This document shows, piece after piece, positions 8,290 through 17,515 of a DNA stretch of 64,000 nucleotides. The stretch spans positions 1 to 64,000 of IMG/VR virus record IMGVR_UViG_3300022866_000322; one strand, 5' to 3'. The notes beneath the pieces were generated by a model. The model saw only the letters and a list, made by a program, of their open reading frames with translations. It was not told the DNA's origin and made no database searches. Every line of letters starts with the position of its first letter. Within the stretch, counting starts at the first letter, position 1. Both the position numbers and the translations under genes were made by a program.

Positions 8290-8727
8290 ATGGCCAACAT
8301 TACCATCACAGTCAAAGGTCTCACAGGTAGACAAATACCTATAACACTAGACGACGGGTTACAGCTTGACGACGTCCCAGCACTGATCAGAGCACAGGAA
8401 GAAGAAAGTGCAAGTTTAACTGACGCCATGTACGGTGATATCTTTCTAAACACCAACCCACTCATAAACATTACCAACAATGGTACTGATACATTAGCAA
8501 CTCTTGGGTTTGGTACTGGTACGTTCTTGATATGCAAGGCCAAAGCAGACGGTACACTGGAAGCTCGCCAAATACAGAAACTAGAAATTGCATCAGCCAA
8601 ACGAGAATTCTTAGGTGACCCTGCTACATACGACAGAACTGAGTTACCTACAAGATATGTTGGCAACAACGTGGTCGACAATGCCAACTCAGGTGGATTG
8701 TTGTTAGGCCGACCTTGGGCAGAGTAA
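8290..8727 (+). CDS. Protein with N-terminal ubiquitin-like (beta-grasp) domain and C-terminal ...GGL..GRPW domain
   Basis: ITITVKGLTGRQIPITL...V.A.I...E aligns without gaps to ubiquitin 1-34; TLATLGF..GTFL echoes TLSDYNI..ESTL. Confidence 0.55.
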   Translation: MANITITVKGLTGRQIPITLDDGLQLDDVPALIRAQEEESASLTDAMYGDIFLNTNPLINITNNGTDTLATLGFGTGTFLICKAKADGTLEARQIQKLEIASAKREFLGDPATYDRTELPTRYVGNNVVDNANSGGLLLGRPWAE

Positions 8728-8730
8728 CCA

Positions 8731-9456
8731 ATGGCCAATATGGCAAATAGAAAGTACTTTGACTTTAGCGCCGCAATAGCACTTGACGATACTGGTGGCA
8801 ACTCAGTACAGAATATTTTTGGCTACCAGACAGCCGCAACCACAGCCTTTAGAGCACTATGGGGCAAAACCGCAACATACGTTTTTCCTCCTGCCGCACA
8901 ACAGATGCAGATCAAAAGCACCGAAAGCGCCGACACTATGCAGGTTCTACTTATCGGTCTTGATGCTAACTATGATGCCATCCAAGACACAGTTACACTG
9001 GCAGGCACAGCAGTGCAAACAACCACAGCAAGTTTTTTTAGAATCAACACCGCAATTATTCTTACAGGATCAAATGCAGGAACCATAGACATAGGTAACG
9101 ACCTTGGGGGCTCTGCTACATTCTACAAAACCATACTGCCAGGAAATGGCAGATGCCAAGAGAGTTTTTATACAGTACCGAGAAATCATTGTTTCTTGTT
9201 GTATCGCATCGACGCATTCAGTGCTGATAGTACTGCTGGTAAACCTGCTATCTTTAGAAATTATGTTAGCAATGCGGCAGGTAGAGTATTGAACGTAGCA
9301 CGAACTACTTTTGCTGACAACATGCACATCCAACGTCAGATGCCTTTCAAGTACGACGAGAAGTCTGATATACAGTTCCAAGCGGCCACCGCAAGCGGCT
9401 CACACGAAATCGCAGTGTTTGGCGAAGGTGTGTTGCATAACCTAACGCAGGTTTAA
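8731..9456 (+). CDS. Hypothetical, probably virion-associated beta-rich protein
   Basis: A/T/G-rich; in late operon. Confidence 0.55.
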   Translation: MANMANRKYFDFSAAIALDDTGGNSVQNIFGYQTAATTAFRALWGKTATYVFPPAAQQMQIKSTESADTMQVLLIGLDANYDAIQDTVTLAGTAVQTTTASFFRINTAIILTGSNAGTIDIGNDLGGSATFYKTILPGNGRCQESFYTVPRNHCFLLYRIDAFSADSTAGKPAIFRNYVSNAAGRVLNVARTTFADNMHIQRQMPFKYDEKSDIQFQAATASGSHEIAVFGEGVLHNLTQV

Positions 9457-9528
9457 TTGGCAAAAAATTCAGTTGACTAACTGCCCTGTTCCTTATATAA
9501 TTAGTCAACTACCCAATAAATATACACT

Positions 9529-10890
9529 ATGCTATTAGCCATACTTACATTCGTTACAGCAATATCCATTTCGTTCATTGCGGCTTGGTACAGTATTGCT
9601 GGCTTGATTGCAGTGTTCAGTGCCGCAGTCATGCCTGTGATTATCATGGGTGGCGCACTAGAAACTGGTAAGATTGTTGCTACAGTTTGGTTACACCAAA
9701 ATTGGCATCGTGCACCAAGACTGTTTAAATGGTACTTGATCCCGGCAATTACTGTGTTGATGTTTATCACCTCAATGGGTATTTTTGGCTTCCTGAGTAA
9801 AGCACACATTGAACAGACTTCACTAAGTGAAGAACAGGTAGCACAGATCAAATCGCTTGAGAGTAAAATGACTCGTTCGGAAGCCAAGATAGTTCGTTGG
9901 ACCGACGAGCTTACCCGGTTATCTAAAGGTGAAGATGTACGTGTGGACAACCTGGTTGATCGTGACAACGATGCACTAAAAGAAATCCGTGTGCAAGTTA
10001 ACAAAGAAAAAACCAATGCTCGTGCTGATGCAGAAAAGCAAATACAGTTACAGAATGATAGATTAGTACAAGCCGCAGAGCGCAAGTCAGCAGACATAGC
10101 CGCCGCACAAGAACGTAAGACAGCAAACATCGCCACAGCACAAGCCCGTAAGACAGCAGACATTGGCGCCGCCCAGGCTCGATATGAAAACTCCTTTAGT
10201 AAAAAAGGCCTAGATGAAGCAGTAGCCAATGCCAAGAAGATTGAGTTAGAAGCAACAGAGCAAGCCAAGAAGATTGAGTTAGAAGCAACACAGCAGGCCA
10301 AAGCAAATGAGCTTTCAGTTGCCAGTGCGGCACAGCGTGAGATCAAAAGTATCAACGCCAAGTTAACAGAAACACTTAGCAGTATTGATGCCAAGTACGG
10401 ATCAGAATTACAATCAGTTAATAATAGAATACAAAAACTACGTGACCAGTCAAACACTAAAACTGTAGATATTGACGGTAGGGTAGAAGAACTTGAGAAT
10501 TTTGTTGACAAAGAACAAACGGAGATTGATCAAATACGTGAAGAAGTTTTTGTGTTCGAAAAAGAATACAGGAAACTAGAAGCAGAAGTAGGACCAATAA
10601 AATACATTGCCGCATTTATATACGACCAAAGTCCAGATCAAAACCTACTGGAAAAAGCAGTACGCTGGGTCATAGTGTTGTTGGTTGTTGTGTTTGATCC
10701 ACTAGCACTTACACTTATACTTGCTAGTACCAAACAGTTTGAATGGGCTCGCAATAAAAAAACACACGGTGCTGACACTGTAATAGTTAAAGAAGTATAT
10801 GTAGAACAGAATCTAAAAACAGGCGCACCTGACGATATAGCAGAACTAGAGCGTAACGTAGACGACAAACTAAGGAAAAAGAATGGCTAA
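9529..10890 (+). CDS. Membrane-anchored long coiled-coil protein
   Basis: N-terminal TM helices, long helical middle, C-terminal VFDPLA TM. Confidence 0.75.
   Translation: MLLAILTFVTAISISFIAAWYSIAGLIAVFSAAVMPVIIMGGALETGKIVATVWLHQNWHRAPRLFKWYLIPAITVLMFITSMGIFGFLSKAHIEQTSLSEEQVAQIKSLESKMTRSEAKIVRWTDELTRLSKGEDVRVDNLVDRDNDALKEIRVQVNKEKTNARADAEKQIQLQNDRLVQAAERKSADIAAAQERKTANIATAQARKTADIGAAQARYENSFSKKGLDEAVANAKKIELEATEQAKKIELEATQQAKANELSVASAAQREIKSINAKLTETLSSIDAKYGSELQSVNNRIQKLRDQSNTKTVDIDGRVEELENFVDKEQTEIDQIREEVFVFEKEYRKLEAEVGPIKYIAAFIYDQSPDQNLLEKAVRWVIVLLVVVFDPLALTLILASTKQFEWARNKKTHGADTVIVKEVYVEQNLKTGAPDDIAELERNVDDKLRKKNG
10231..10296 (+). repeat. 33-bp in-frame tandem repeat (AKKIELEATEQ x2)
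   Basis: gccaagaagattgagttagaagcaaca at 10231 and 10264. Confidence 0.9.
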
Positions 10891-11068
10891 ACCACAACAG
10901 GAAATTGATGAAATTTGGGCAAAGTACAAGAATGCCCTATCACAACTCAACGAGGCTTTGGACGAGAATGAAGCACTGCAAAGTGAACTTGATCTTGACT
11001 TTACAATGCCAGCAGATATTGCTGAGCTTGAGGCAAAAGTTGAAGCACGACTAGGAACTAATGCCTAA
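10883..11068 (+). CDS. Hypothetical protein
   Basis: Overlapping ORF; P.DIAELE..V motif also ends the upstream protein. Confidence 0.6.
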   Translation: MAKPQQEIDEIWAKYKNALSQLNEALDENEALQSELDLDFTMPADIAELEAKVEARLGTNA

Positions 11069-11669
11069 CGACTACCAGGAGTCAGTAAACCAACTCTGGG
11101 ACAAATATAGATTAGCACTACAAAGACTTGATTGGGCACTTGATCAATTAGACAAGCAAAAGCCCAATCAAATCGTTGCGGAGCCAAAGCCCAGTCCAGC
11201 AGAAGTGTCAATAGACGATTTTGTTATAGGTGAAGAAGAAGCAACAGATCCTAATATCGCTATAAAGCGTGGCTTGGATGATGTAGTCAAGTATCAAAAA
11301 AAGAACTACAACATAGAAGCATTCAAAGCATTGCATCCATTACTTCCTATTTACAGTGTTAAGGTAAGAGCTGATAACGATACTGTGGTGAACACAGCCG
11401 AGTGTGGATTTGGAAACCAGTTTCCGATTAGGCCAAACAAAGGTGATATGTATATTAGGACAGATTTCTTACCAAATAAATTGTATAAATGGAACAATAA
11501 GAAGTGGATAGAGCTTGACAAATCAACGACAGACAGTTATACTTACAATGAGGCGTACATACAGCATTTGATTGATAAATTGCAGTCGGGAGAATATACC
11601 GCAGATGATTTAAGTGACGCCGAACTAGAACAAATACAACAGATAGTGGGGAAAGATGGATTACAGTAA
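11061..11669 (+). CDS. Hypothetical protein
   Basis: Overlapping ORF; FP..P.KGDMYIRTD..PNKLYKWN motif. Confidence 0.65.
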   Translation: MPNDYQESVNQLWDKYRLALQRLDWALDQLDKQKPNQIVAEPKPSPAEVSIDDFVIGEEEATDPNIAIKRGLDDVVKYQKKNYNIEAFKALHPLLPIYSVKVRADNDTVVNTAECGFGNQFPIRPNKGDMYIRTDFLPNKLYKWNNKKWIELDKSTTDSYTYNEAYIQHLIDKLQSGEYTADDLSDAELEQIQQIVGKDGLQ

Positions 11670-12015
11670 TTTTATAACACCACCAGATTTTGTAGAAGAC
11701 GATTTTCACACAGTAACAGTAGTTGATGCGTCTCCTAAGGATGTTGAACTATTAGGCCAAATAGCCAAAGGTACAAACAATGCATACAATGTATATTTGT
11801 ACCATCAGGGCATGGATGATACTGATTGGTTGGCTAAAGCAATTGAAAAAAGTGACGCCGTGATTGTTAATACCGCGGAACCTTACGACAACGAGGATCT
11901 TTGCAAAAACAGCAACGTTTATTACTACGGACCAAAGACTTACATTACTGATGCAACTAAAGTCGACACACCATTTGACTATTTTGCACAGCTCGAAAAA
12001 CAACAAACTAAATAA
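11656..12015 (+). CDS. Hypothetical protein
   Basis: Overlapping ORF. Confidence 0.6.
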   Translation: MDYSNFITPPDFVEDDFHTVTVVDASPKDVELLGQIAKGTNNAYNVYLYHQGMDDTDWLAKAIEKSDAVIVNTAEPYDNEDLCKNSNVYYYGPKTYITDATKVDTPFDYFAQLEKQQTK

Positions 12016-12021
12016 AAAACT

Positions 12022-12270
12022 ATGGCAACCAACTTTGAAAAAAAACCAGGCAGACCTTTTGGCAATAAGGTAATAGTCCAGTACGACAATGTAGAAAAAG
12101 CTATGCGTAAACTAAAGAAAAAAGTTAGCGAAAGCGGAGTACTACAAACTTTACGCTCAAAAGAATCTTTTGAAAAACCCACTACAAGACGCAAGCGGAA
12201 ACATGCCGCCGCAGTTCGCAGATGGAAAAAGCAACTACTAGAAGAGCAGTTGCCTAAAAAGATGTACTAA
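12022..12270 (+). CDS. rpsU: Ribosomal protein bS21
   Basis: NVEKAMRKLKKKV...G.L..LR..E.FEKPT.RRKRK..AA.RR. Confidence 0.92.
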   Translation: MATNFEKKPGRPFGNKVIVQYDNVEKAMRKLKKKVSESGVLQTLRSKESFEKPTTRRKRKHAAAVRRWKKQLLEEQLPKKMY

Positions 12271-12513
12271 ATGCATATCCAGTGGGTCCTTCCACGTGCA
12301 AATGGAATACATGCAGTGGGATGGGCTCGCACTGAAATAGAATACGATGTTAGGACTTGGGCTGAAAAACACGATATAGATATCAAACACATTGGTATTA
12401 AGAACTGGTGTGTTCAATTGTGTTTGTCTACAGAACAAGACTATGTGGATTTTTTAGTATCATTTAATCCAGAACACTCCCGAAGTGAATCGTATGAACT
12501 AATAAGAGATTGA
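12271..12513 (+). CDS. Hypothetical protein
   Basis: Abuts rpsU stop. Confidence 0.5.
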   Translation: MHIQWVLPRANGIHAVGWARTEIEYDVRTWAEKHDIDIKHIGIKNWCVQLCLSTEQDYVDFLVSFNPEHSRSESYELIRD

Positions 12514-12543
12514 CATCTAGTCTTGTATCCTGTATAAATATAC

Positions 12544-12612
12544 TTGTAGTGCCGATTATCGGGCTACAACATCACAAGTCATAACTTGCTTAACATAAAG
12601 GAGAAAACTATG
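12544..12612 (+). promoter_or_regulatory. ROSE-like RNA thermometer leader of the sHSP gene
   Basis: 5' hairpin ttgtag..ccga-tta-tcgg.ctacaa; CTTGCTT (12585-12591) pairs with AAGGAG with bulged G. Confidence 0.55.
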
Positions 12613-13068
12613 ACATCATACAAACTTAGTACGACCAACCTTCCCGGATTTACTGCTTCACTTAATCGTCATGCCATCGGCTTTGACAACTTGTTTAATG
12701 AACTGACCCGAACACACTTGGGCAATTCAAAAGCAGATAATTATCCTCCATACAACATCATCAAAATTGACGAACACAACTGGGCGATCCAGGTTGCAGT
12801 TGCAGGGTTTGGTGAAGATGAGTTGAACATTGAATTCAAAAGCAATGTGTTGACTATCACCGGGGAGAAGCAGGAAGCAGAAGCAGAAGAACACGAATAC
12901 CTGCACAAAGGTATTAGTGCTCGCACATTCACTCGCACATTTACTCTCAACGAGAATGTTGAGATCAAAGGTGCAACAGTAGTAAATGGCATCCTGGCAG
13001 TCAGCTTAGAGCATGTTGTTCCGGACGAACAAAAGCCTAAAAAGATTGCAATTACCTTTACTAAGTAA
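12610..13068 (+). CDS. Small heat shock protein Hsp20/IbpA
   Basis: AIGFD, NYPPYNI, VAVAGF, YLHKGISARTF.RTF.L, NGILAVSL; start 12610 after AAGGAG. Confidence 0.95.
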   Translation: MTSYKLSTTNLPGFTASLNRHAIGFDNLFNELTRTHLGNSKADNYPPYNIIKIDEHNWAIQVAVAGFGEDELNIEFKSNVLTITGEKQEAEAEEHEYLHKGISARTFTRTFTLNENVEIKGATVVNGILAVSLEHVVPDEQKPKKIAITFTK

Positions 13069-13089
13069 TATAATATAGTTATAAACGCC

Positions 13090-13109
13090 GGGGGGAGGCA
13101 ACTCCCCCC
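13090..13109 (+). terminator. GC-rich hairpin
   Basis: ggggggag-gcaa-ctcccccc; weak U-tract. Confidence 0.5.
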
Positions 13110-13141
13110 ACTTACTAACTAGATGACCGAGAGTGTAAGCT

Positions 13142-13447
13142 ATGAGTGAAAAAACTGAAGTAAAACAATCTACAAAATCTAAAACAAGTATCAAACCACC
13201 TAATCTTTACAATGTAATCTACCTCAATGACAATAAGACCACAGTAGAGTTTGTTGTAGAGAGTCTGAAAGTAATTTTCCATCATAGTGAAGAAATAGCA
13301 AAAGAATTAACTGTTAAGATTCATAACGACGGTAGTAGCGTAGTAAAAACACTTACATATGAAGTTGCTGAGCAAAAAGGTGTAGAAGTAACAATGCTTG
13401 CTCGTAACAACGGATTCCCCCTCGAAGTTAAACTACAGCCAGCATAA
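13142..13447 (+). CDS. clpS: N-degron adaptor ClpS
   Basis: PNLYNVIYLNDNKTTVEFVVE.L...F, IH..G, E.AEQK, FPL. Confidence 0.93.
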   Translation: MSEKTEVKQSTKSKTSIKPPNLYNVIYLNDNKTTVEFVVESLKVIFHHSEEIAKELTVKIHNDGSSVVKTLTYEVAEQKGVEVTMLARNNGFPLEVKLQPA

Positions 13448-13455
13448 AAAATATT

Positions 13456-13989
13456 ATGGATATAATGTTAGATATTGAGACGTTAGGTACTCGTCCGCAG
13501 AGTGTCGTGTTGACTGTGGGTGCTGTTAAGTTTGACCCATACGCATCGGATGTGAATACAGACGACGGATTGTATGTTAGGATAGATGTAGACGAACAAA
13601 TAGCACTAGGCAGACATGTACACCAGGATGTAATTGATTGGTGGGGCAAGCAAGCAGAAGATGTTCGAGAAGAAGCCCTCGGTGATCACGAACGTGACAG
13701 TGTATCATCTTTTTTAGGAAAACTTAATAAGTTCCTAGTAGGGACTGATAACATATGGTGCCAAGGGCCTGCATTTGATGCAGTTATTCTTGAAGATTTG
13801 TATCGTGACATGGATACGCCCATGCCGTGGAACTTTTGGCAGATAAGAGATAGTCGTACATTGTTTAAAACTTTTGGAGATCCTAGAGATAAGGACGCTA
13901 AAGGTGCACACAATGCTTTAATAGATTGTTATTATCAAGCAACAGCAGTTCAACAAATTTATAAACAACAAGGATTGAAGAAACGATGA
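13456..13989 (+). CDS. DEDDh 3'-5' exonuclease (Rv2179c/DUF5051-like)
   Basis: MLDIETLG, FD.VILE, RDSRTL, HNAL.D. Confidence 0.88.
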   Translation: MDIMLDIETLGTRPQSVVLTVGAVKFDPYASDVNTDDGLYVRIDVDEQIALGRHVHQDVIDWWGKQAEDVREEALGDHERDSVSSFLGKLNKFLVGTDNIWCQGPAFDAVILEDLYRDMDTPMPWNFWQIRDSRTLFKTFGDPRDKDAKGAHNALIDCYYQATAVQQIYKQQGLKKR

Positions 13990-14318
13990 ATATTGTATGG
14001 GAACAACCCACAGACGAGATGTTTGAAAAGTATCTCATCTTAGAATTAGAGCCAAATGTGATTGATGGTAATCTATTAGACACATGGTGTGTAGTAGAAG
14101 CAACCAAGGTACCACTAGCAGAAGTTGTAATGTTGGATCATTGGAAGAAATTACATGGCGATTTCGTGCAAGCAAACAAAGACGGTGATGCTAAACTATG
14201 TAATGACCTAGCAGAACACTTGACTGGTAAGTTTGGTGGAGAGTTGGATACGTTCTATGAAGAAATTTGTAAACGTTACAATCAGTCCACTAAAATCGTA
14301 CTCCAAGACCAATCTTAA
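13986..14318 (+). CDS. Hypothetical protein
   Basis: ATGA overlap. Confidence 0.65.
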   Translation: MNIVWEQPTDEMFEKYLILELEPNVIDGNLLDTWCVVEATKVPLAEVVMLDHWKKLHGDFVQANKDGDAKLCNDLAEHLTGKFGGELDTFYEEICKRYNQSTKIVLQDQS

Positions 14319-14655
14319 CGTTATTAATAGAAGCCGCTCCATTAACTACTAGCCTAGTCATCAAGTACACAGGTCTGTGTTCCCCTTGAAAATAATCTGT
14401 CAGGTAGTAGTGTGTAACATAGTTTACTAGAAAAAACAAATCCACTGTATCCTTGTCTGGGTGCTCTCCCAGCACTGGATTGCGTTCCCGATATCCTTCA
14501 TCATATCTACTAGCCATATCTCTTGTGGTCAAGTGGTCAACTGCAATAGCTGTGGTTGACATCCAGAATAATTCTTTATCGTATTTGTCCCAGTCTGCGT
14601 ATTCTGCTTGTGCTATAAATGGCACTAACAGCAGTAATAGTAGTAGTTTTCTCAT
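14290..14655 (-). CDS. Exported/membrane hypothetical protein
   Basis: Start 14655 (TAAATA-N5-ATG); signal peptide MRKLLLLLLLVPFIAQA; D..TT...E.NP motif. Confidence 0.65.
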   Translation of the reverse strand: MRKLLLLLLLVPFIAQAEYADWDKYDKELFWMSTTAIAVDHLTTRDMASRYDEGYRERNPVLGEHPDKDTVDLFFLVNYVTHYYLTDYFQGEHRPVYLMTRLVVNGAASINNVKIGLGVRF

Positions 14656-14725
14656 GTAATTATTTATAGCCCATGAGTAAACTGTAAAAATTTGGGTAAA
14701 TACACTAAAGAAGGAGCTATTCAAA

Positions 14726-15007
14726 ATGACAGAAATACTTCAATTGATTGCCGAAGTTGGTTTTCCTATCGCCGCGGCACTGGCCGGCGGGTACTTTGTA
14801 TTCCTTACTATGCGCTTTATCCTTGACGGTGTAATGGGCAGTGTAAAAGGACTTACAGGAATAATTAACGCATTGGACAATCGTGTTAAGACCATGAACC
14901 ATGACGTGATTCGTATTGACACACTCATGAGCAATGCATTTGGGGTAACACCAGACTTGAACCGTATTGCTAGAGCAGACGGCAAGAACGATGCTCGTCG
15001 CGACTAG
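14726..15007 (+). CDS. Small single-TM protein with GFPI motif and coiled coil (YvrJ/holin-like)
   Basis: EVGFPIAAALAGGYFVF; paralogue of next gene. Confidence 0.7.
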   Translation: MTEILQLIAEVGFPIAAALAGGYFVFLTMRFILDGVMGSVKGLTGIINALDNRVKTMNHDVIRIDTLMSNAFGVTPDLNRIARADGKNDARRD

Positions 15008-15023
15008 AATGAGAGGCTACTAA

Positions 15024-15353
15024 ATGGACATTGATGTAGCCGGCGCAATAAACCAATATGGTTTTCCGATTATAGCCGCGTGTGGGTTAGGGTACTTTGT
15101 ATATTACATATGGACCTGGGCAACAAAAGAAATTGATCCTGTACTAAGCGAAGCACAAATGACGCTGATTGCGTTGATTGACAGAATTCGTATGCTTGAT
15201 AACGATTTAATTAGACTGAACCAAAAGTTAAACATGATTCTTGAACTAGATGCAAAAGCTAGAGCAAATTTACAAAAAGCACAAGAATTAGAACTAAAAC
15301 TAAAACAGGTCAAGGACCAAGGAGCTAAAACAAAAAATGAATCATCAAAGTAG
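15024..15353 (+). CDS. Small single-TM protein with GFPI motif and coiled coil
   Basis: QYGFPIIAACGLGYFVY; shared L.DR....D.D.IRL. Confidence 0.7.
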   Translation: MDIDVAGAINQYGFPIIAACGLGYFVYYIWTWATKEIDPVLSEAQMTLIALIDRIRMLDNDLIRLNQKLNMILELDAKARANLQKAQELELKLKQVKDQGAKTKNESSK

Positions 15354-15879
15354 TTATGAAAAGGCAGCCTGGCAGAAGTTTAAAAAGTCCAACCCAGTAA
15401 CCTATACTATATCAACAGTGTTGAGTTTTGGCTTTTGGAGTTTTATTATGGGATTCCTTGTGGGCATGTTTTTTATCAGTGCGGCAACAGCAGGCGACTT
15501 AACTTATAAGTTTAATAACCCTAGTTTTAACGGTATAGGCTACAGTAGTCATGTGTTGACCATTGAAAACCTAACACACACTAGAAGAGCAGAAATCAAA
15601 TCTAAGTTAGAGTCCGCGGCAAGAGAAATTGAGCGTGAAAAAGAAAACTCTAATGTTAATAAGTTCTTGGCTAATTTAGAAAGTAGAATCTATGCTGAAC
15701 TTAGTAAGCAAATTTCAGACAAACTGTTTGGGGAAAATCCACAAAGTAGTGGTACTATTGATCTACTAGGCAATACAGTGGCTTATGAAATGACCGACGA
15801 CCTAGTAACATTAAACGTAACGCAAACAGATGGATCAGTTACGAAGGTTGAAATTCCTGTTGCCAGTTTTGCCTTTTAA
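15337..15879 (+). CDS. csgF: Curli assembly protein CsgF-like
   Basis: LTYKFNNPSFNG N-terminal motif; F..NLESRIYA.LS; immediately before csgG. Confidence 0.8.
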   Translation: MNHQSSYEKAAWQKFKKSNPVTYTISTVLSFGFWSFIMGFLVGMFFISAATAGDLTYKFNNPSFNGIGYSSHVLTIENLTHTRRAEIKSKLESAAREIEREKENSNVNKFLANLESRIYAELSKQISDKLFGENPQSSGTIDLLGNTVAYEMTDDLVTLNVTQTDGSVTKVEIPVASFAF

Positions 15880-15888
15880 AGGAGATGC

Positions 15889-16707
15889 ATGCTAGGTAGA
15901 ATATGTGTGGCGTTATTGGTTTTTTTGTTAGTTGGTTGCGCCTCGACTAATCCAAAACTTGGCAGACCAGCTGAGCTTGCTGAAACCCCAGTCAAGAAAC
16001 ATTTAATTAATTTCCCTGCAATTAAAGGCGGACAGCCTGTGACAGTTGCAATATACAGTTTCCAAGATAAGACTGGACAACGTAAACCAGCAGATAACAT
16101 TGCCAACATCAGTACAGCAGTAACACAAGGTGCAGAAGTATACTTAATAGATGCACTAATGGCACTAGCAGATGGTGAGTTTTTTGATGTTGTAGAGCGC
16201 AATGGCCTGGACAACCTAATCAAAGAAAGACAGATTATACGTAATGCACGAAGTGAGTTTGATGAGAAACAGAAATTGGGTGCAATGAAGTTTGCTGGTA
16301 TTATAATCGAAGGCGGCATTATTGGTTATGATACAAACAAATTTACAGGTGGTATTGGCGCCAGGGTTATGGGCATTGGTGCACAACAAGAATGGCGTGT
16401 AGATGTAGTCACAATAGGGCTTAGAGCGGTAAGTGTACTGTCGGGAGAAGTATTGCTAAATGTGAGCACCGAAAAGACGATTTTAAGCACTAGTCTTGGC
16501 ATAAACGTGTTTAAATTCTACGATCAAGGCACACAAGTTCTAGAGGTAGAGTCAGGTACCAGTACCAATGAACCAGTTAATTATGCAGTAAAACAGGCAG
16601 TTGAACAAGCAGTAATTGAGTTAACCAAAGAAGGAAAACGTAAAAAACTATGGGATTACACTATGCTAGATGATAAATCAACAGGATGGAGTAATTACGT
16701 AGACTAG
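15889..16707 (+). CDS. csgG: Curli secretion channel CsgG/HfaB-family lipoprotein
   Basis: Lipobox LVGC; VAIYSFQDKTGQRKP, STAVTQGA, VVER.GL.NL.KERQIIR, EGGIIGYD. Confidence 0.93.
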   Translation: MLGRICVALLVFLLVGCASTNPKLGRPAELAETPVKKHLINFPAIKGGQPVTVAIYSFQDKTGQRKPADNIANISTAVTQGAEVYLIDALMALADGEFFDVVERNGLDNLIKERQIIRNARSEFDEKQKLGAMKFAGIIIEGGIIGYDTNKFTGGIGARVMGIGAQQEWRVDVVTIGLRAVSVLSGEVLLNVSTEKTILSTSLGINVFKFYDQGTQVLEVESGTSTNEPVNYAVKQAVEQAVIELTKEGKRKKLWDYTMLDDKSTGWSNYVD

Positions 16708-16816
16708 CGTATAACATACATATTTAATGATAGCAACTTATTATTTAAATACTAACGTGCGATAATACTAAGATATTGGCACGTATAATGGGGACCACCC
16801 AAAAGGAGCGACACAC

Positions 16817-17515
16817 ATGACAAGGATAGCATTAGCATTCATGTCTTTATTAATAAGCAGTCCGGCATGGGCTGACAACTTGATCTATATTGATCAGGTT
16901 GGATCATCAGCCACAATCACTATAGATCAAGACGGTTCTGGAAACAGCGTTGGCGCAAGCGGTGACGACAGCAAGAGCGATGGCGCCAGCACCATATTAG
17001 ACATTGACCAAGTTGGATCAAGCAATGCATTAGATTACGATGTTTACGGCGACAACGCCAGTGTAACAGCAACCACTAATGGCAATAGTTCAGACATTGA
17101 CATACAGGTAGGTACTACAGGAGGCACCAACGGTGGCAGTGATGATGTTACAATCAGCATCACCAATCCAGGCAACACAAACACTGTTGGTGTAAACGTT
17201 GGCGCTACACAAAGTCTTGTTGACGATGTTAACGTAGACATTGACCTAACCAGCGGCAGTGGCAGTAATACTATAACAGTAACTGAGGATTCCACAGCAA
17301 CTAGTATCCTAGACAAAACCACAGACATTGACATTGACGGCAGTACCAACACCGTTACAGTTACCCACAGTGGTGCTTCACAACACGACACTCTGCTTAA
17401 TCATACCGGCAGCAGTTCAACTCTAAGTATTACTCAATCAGGTGCAGAGGCGAGTACAGTAGATGTTAACACAAATGGTTCAACTTCTAGCGTTACTATT
17501 AACGTTTCAGATTAG
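16817..17515 (+). CDS. Secreted curlin-repeat-like beta-solenoid protein
   Basis: Signal peptide; repeated IDQxGxxN / xxGxxN units rich in S, T, G, N, D. Confidence 0.75.
   Translation: MTRIALAFMSLLISSPAWADNLIYIDQVGSSATITIDQDGSGNSVGASGDDSKSDGASTILDIDQVGSSNALDYDVYGDNASVTATTNGNSSDIDIQVGTTGGTNGGSDDVTISITNPGNTNTVGVNVGATQSLVDDVNVDIDLTSGSGSNTITVTEDSTATSILDKTTDIDIDGSTNTVTVTHSGASQHDTLLNHTGSSSTLSITQSGAEASTVDVNTNGSTSSVTINVSD

Noticed and set aside
9501-10511. 336-aa minus-strand ORF (and similar ones at 8268..8801, 27004..27501, 34714..35208, 55249..55851)
   Set aside because: Antisense shadows of well-supported plus-strand genes, with no motifs or RBS
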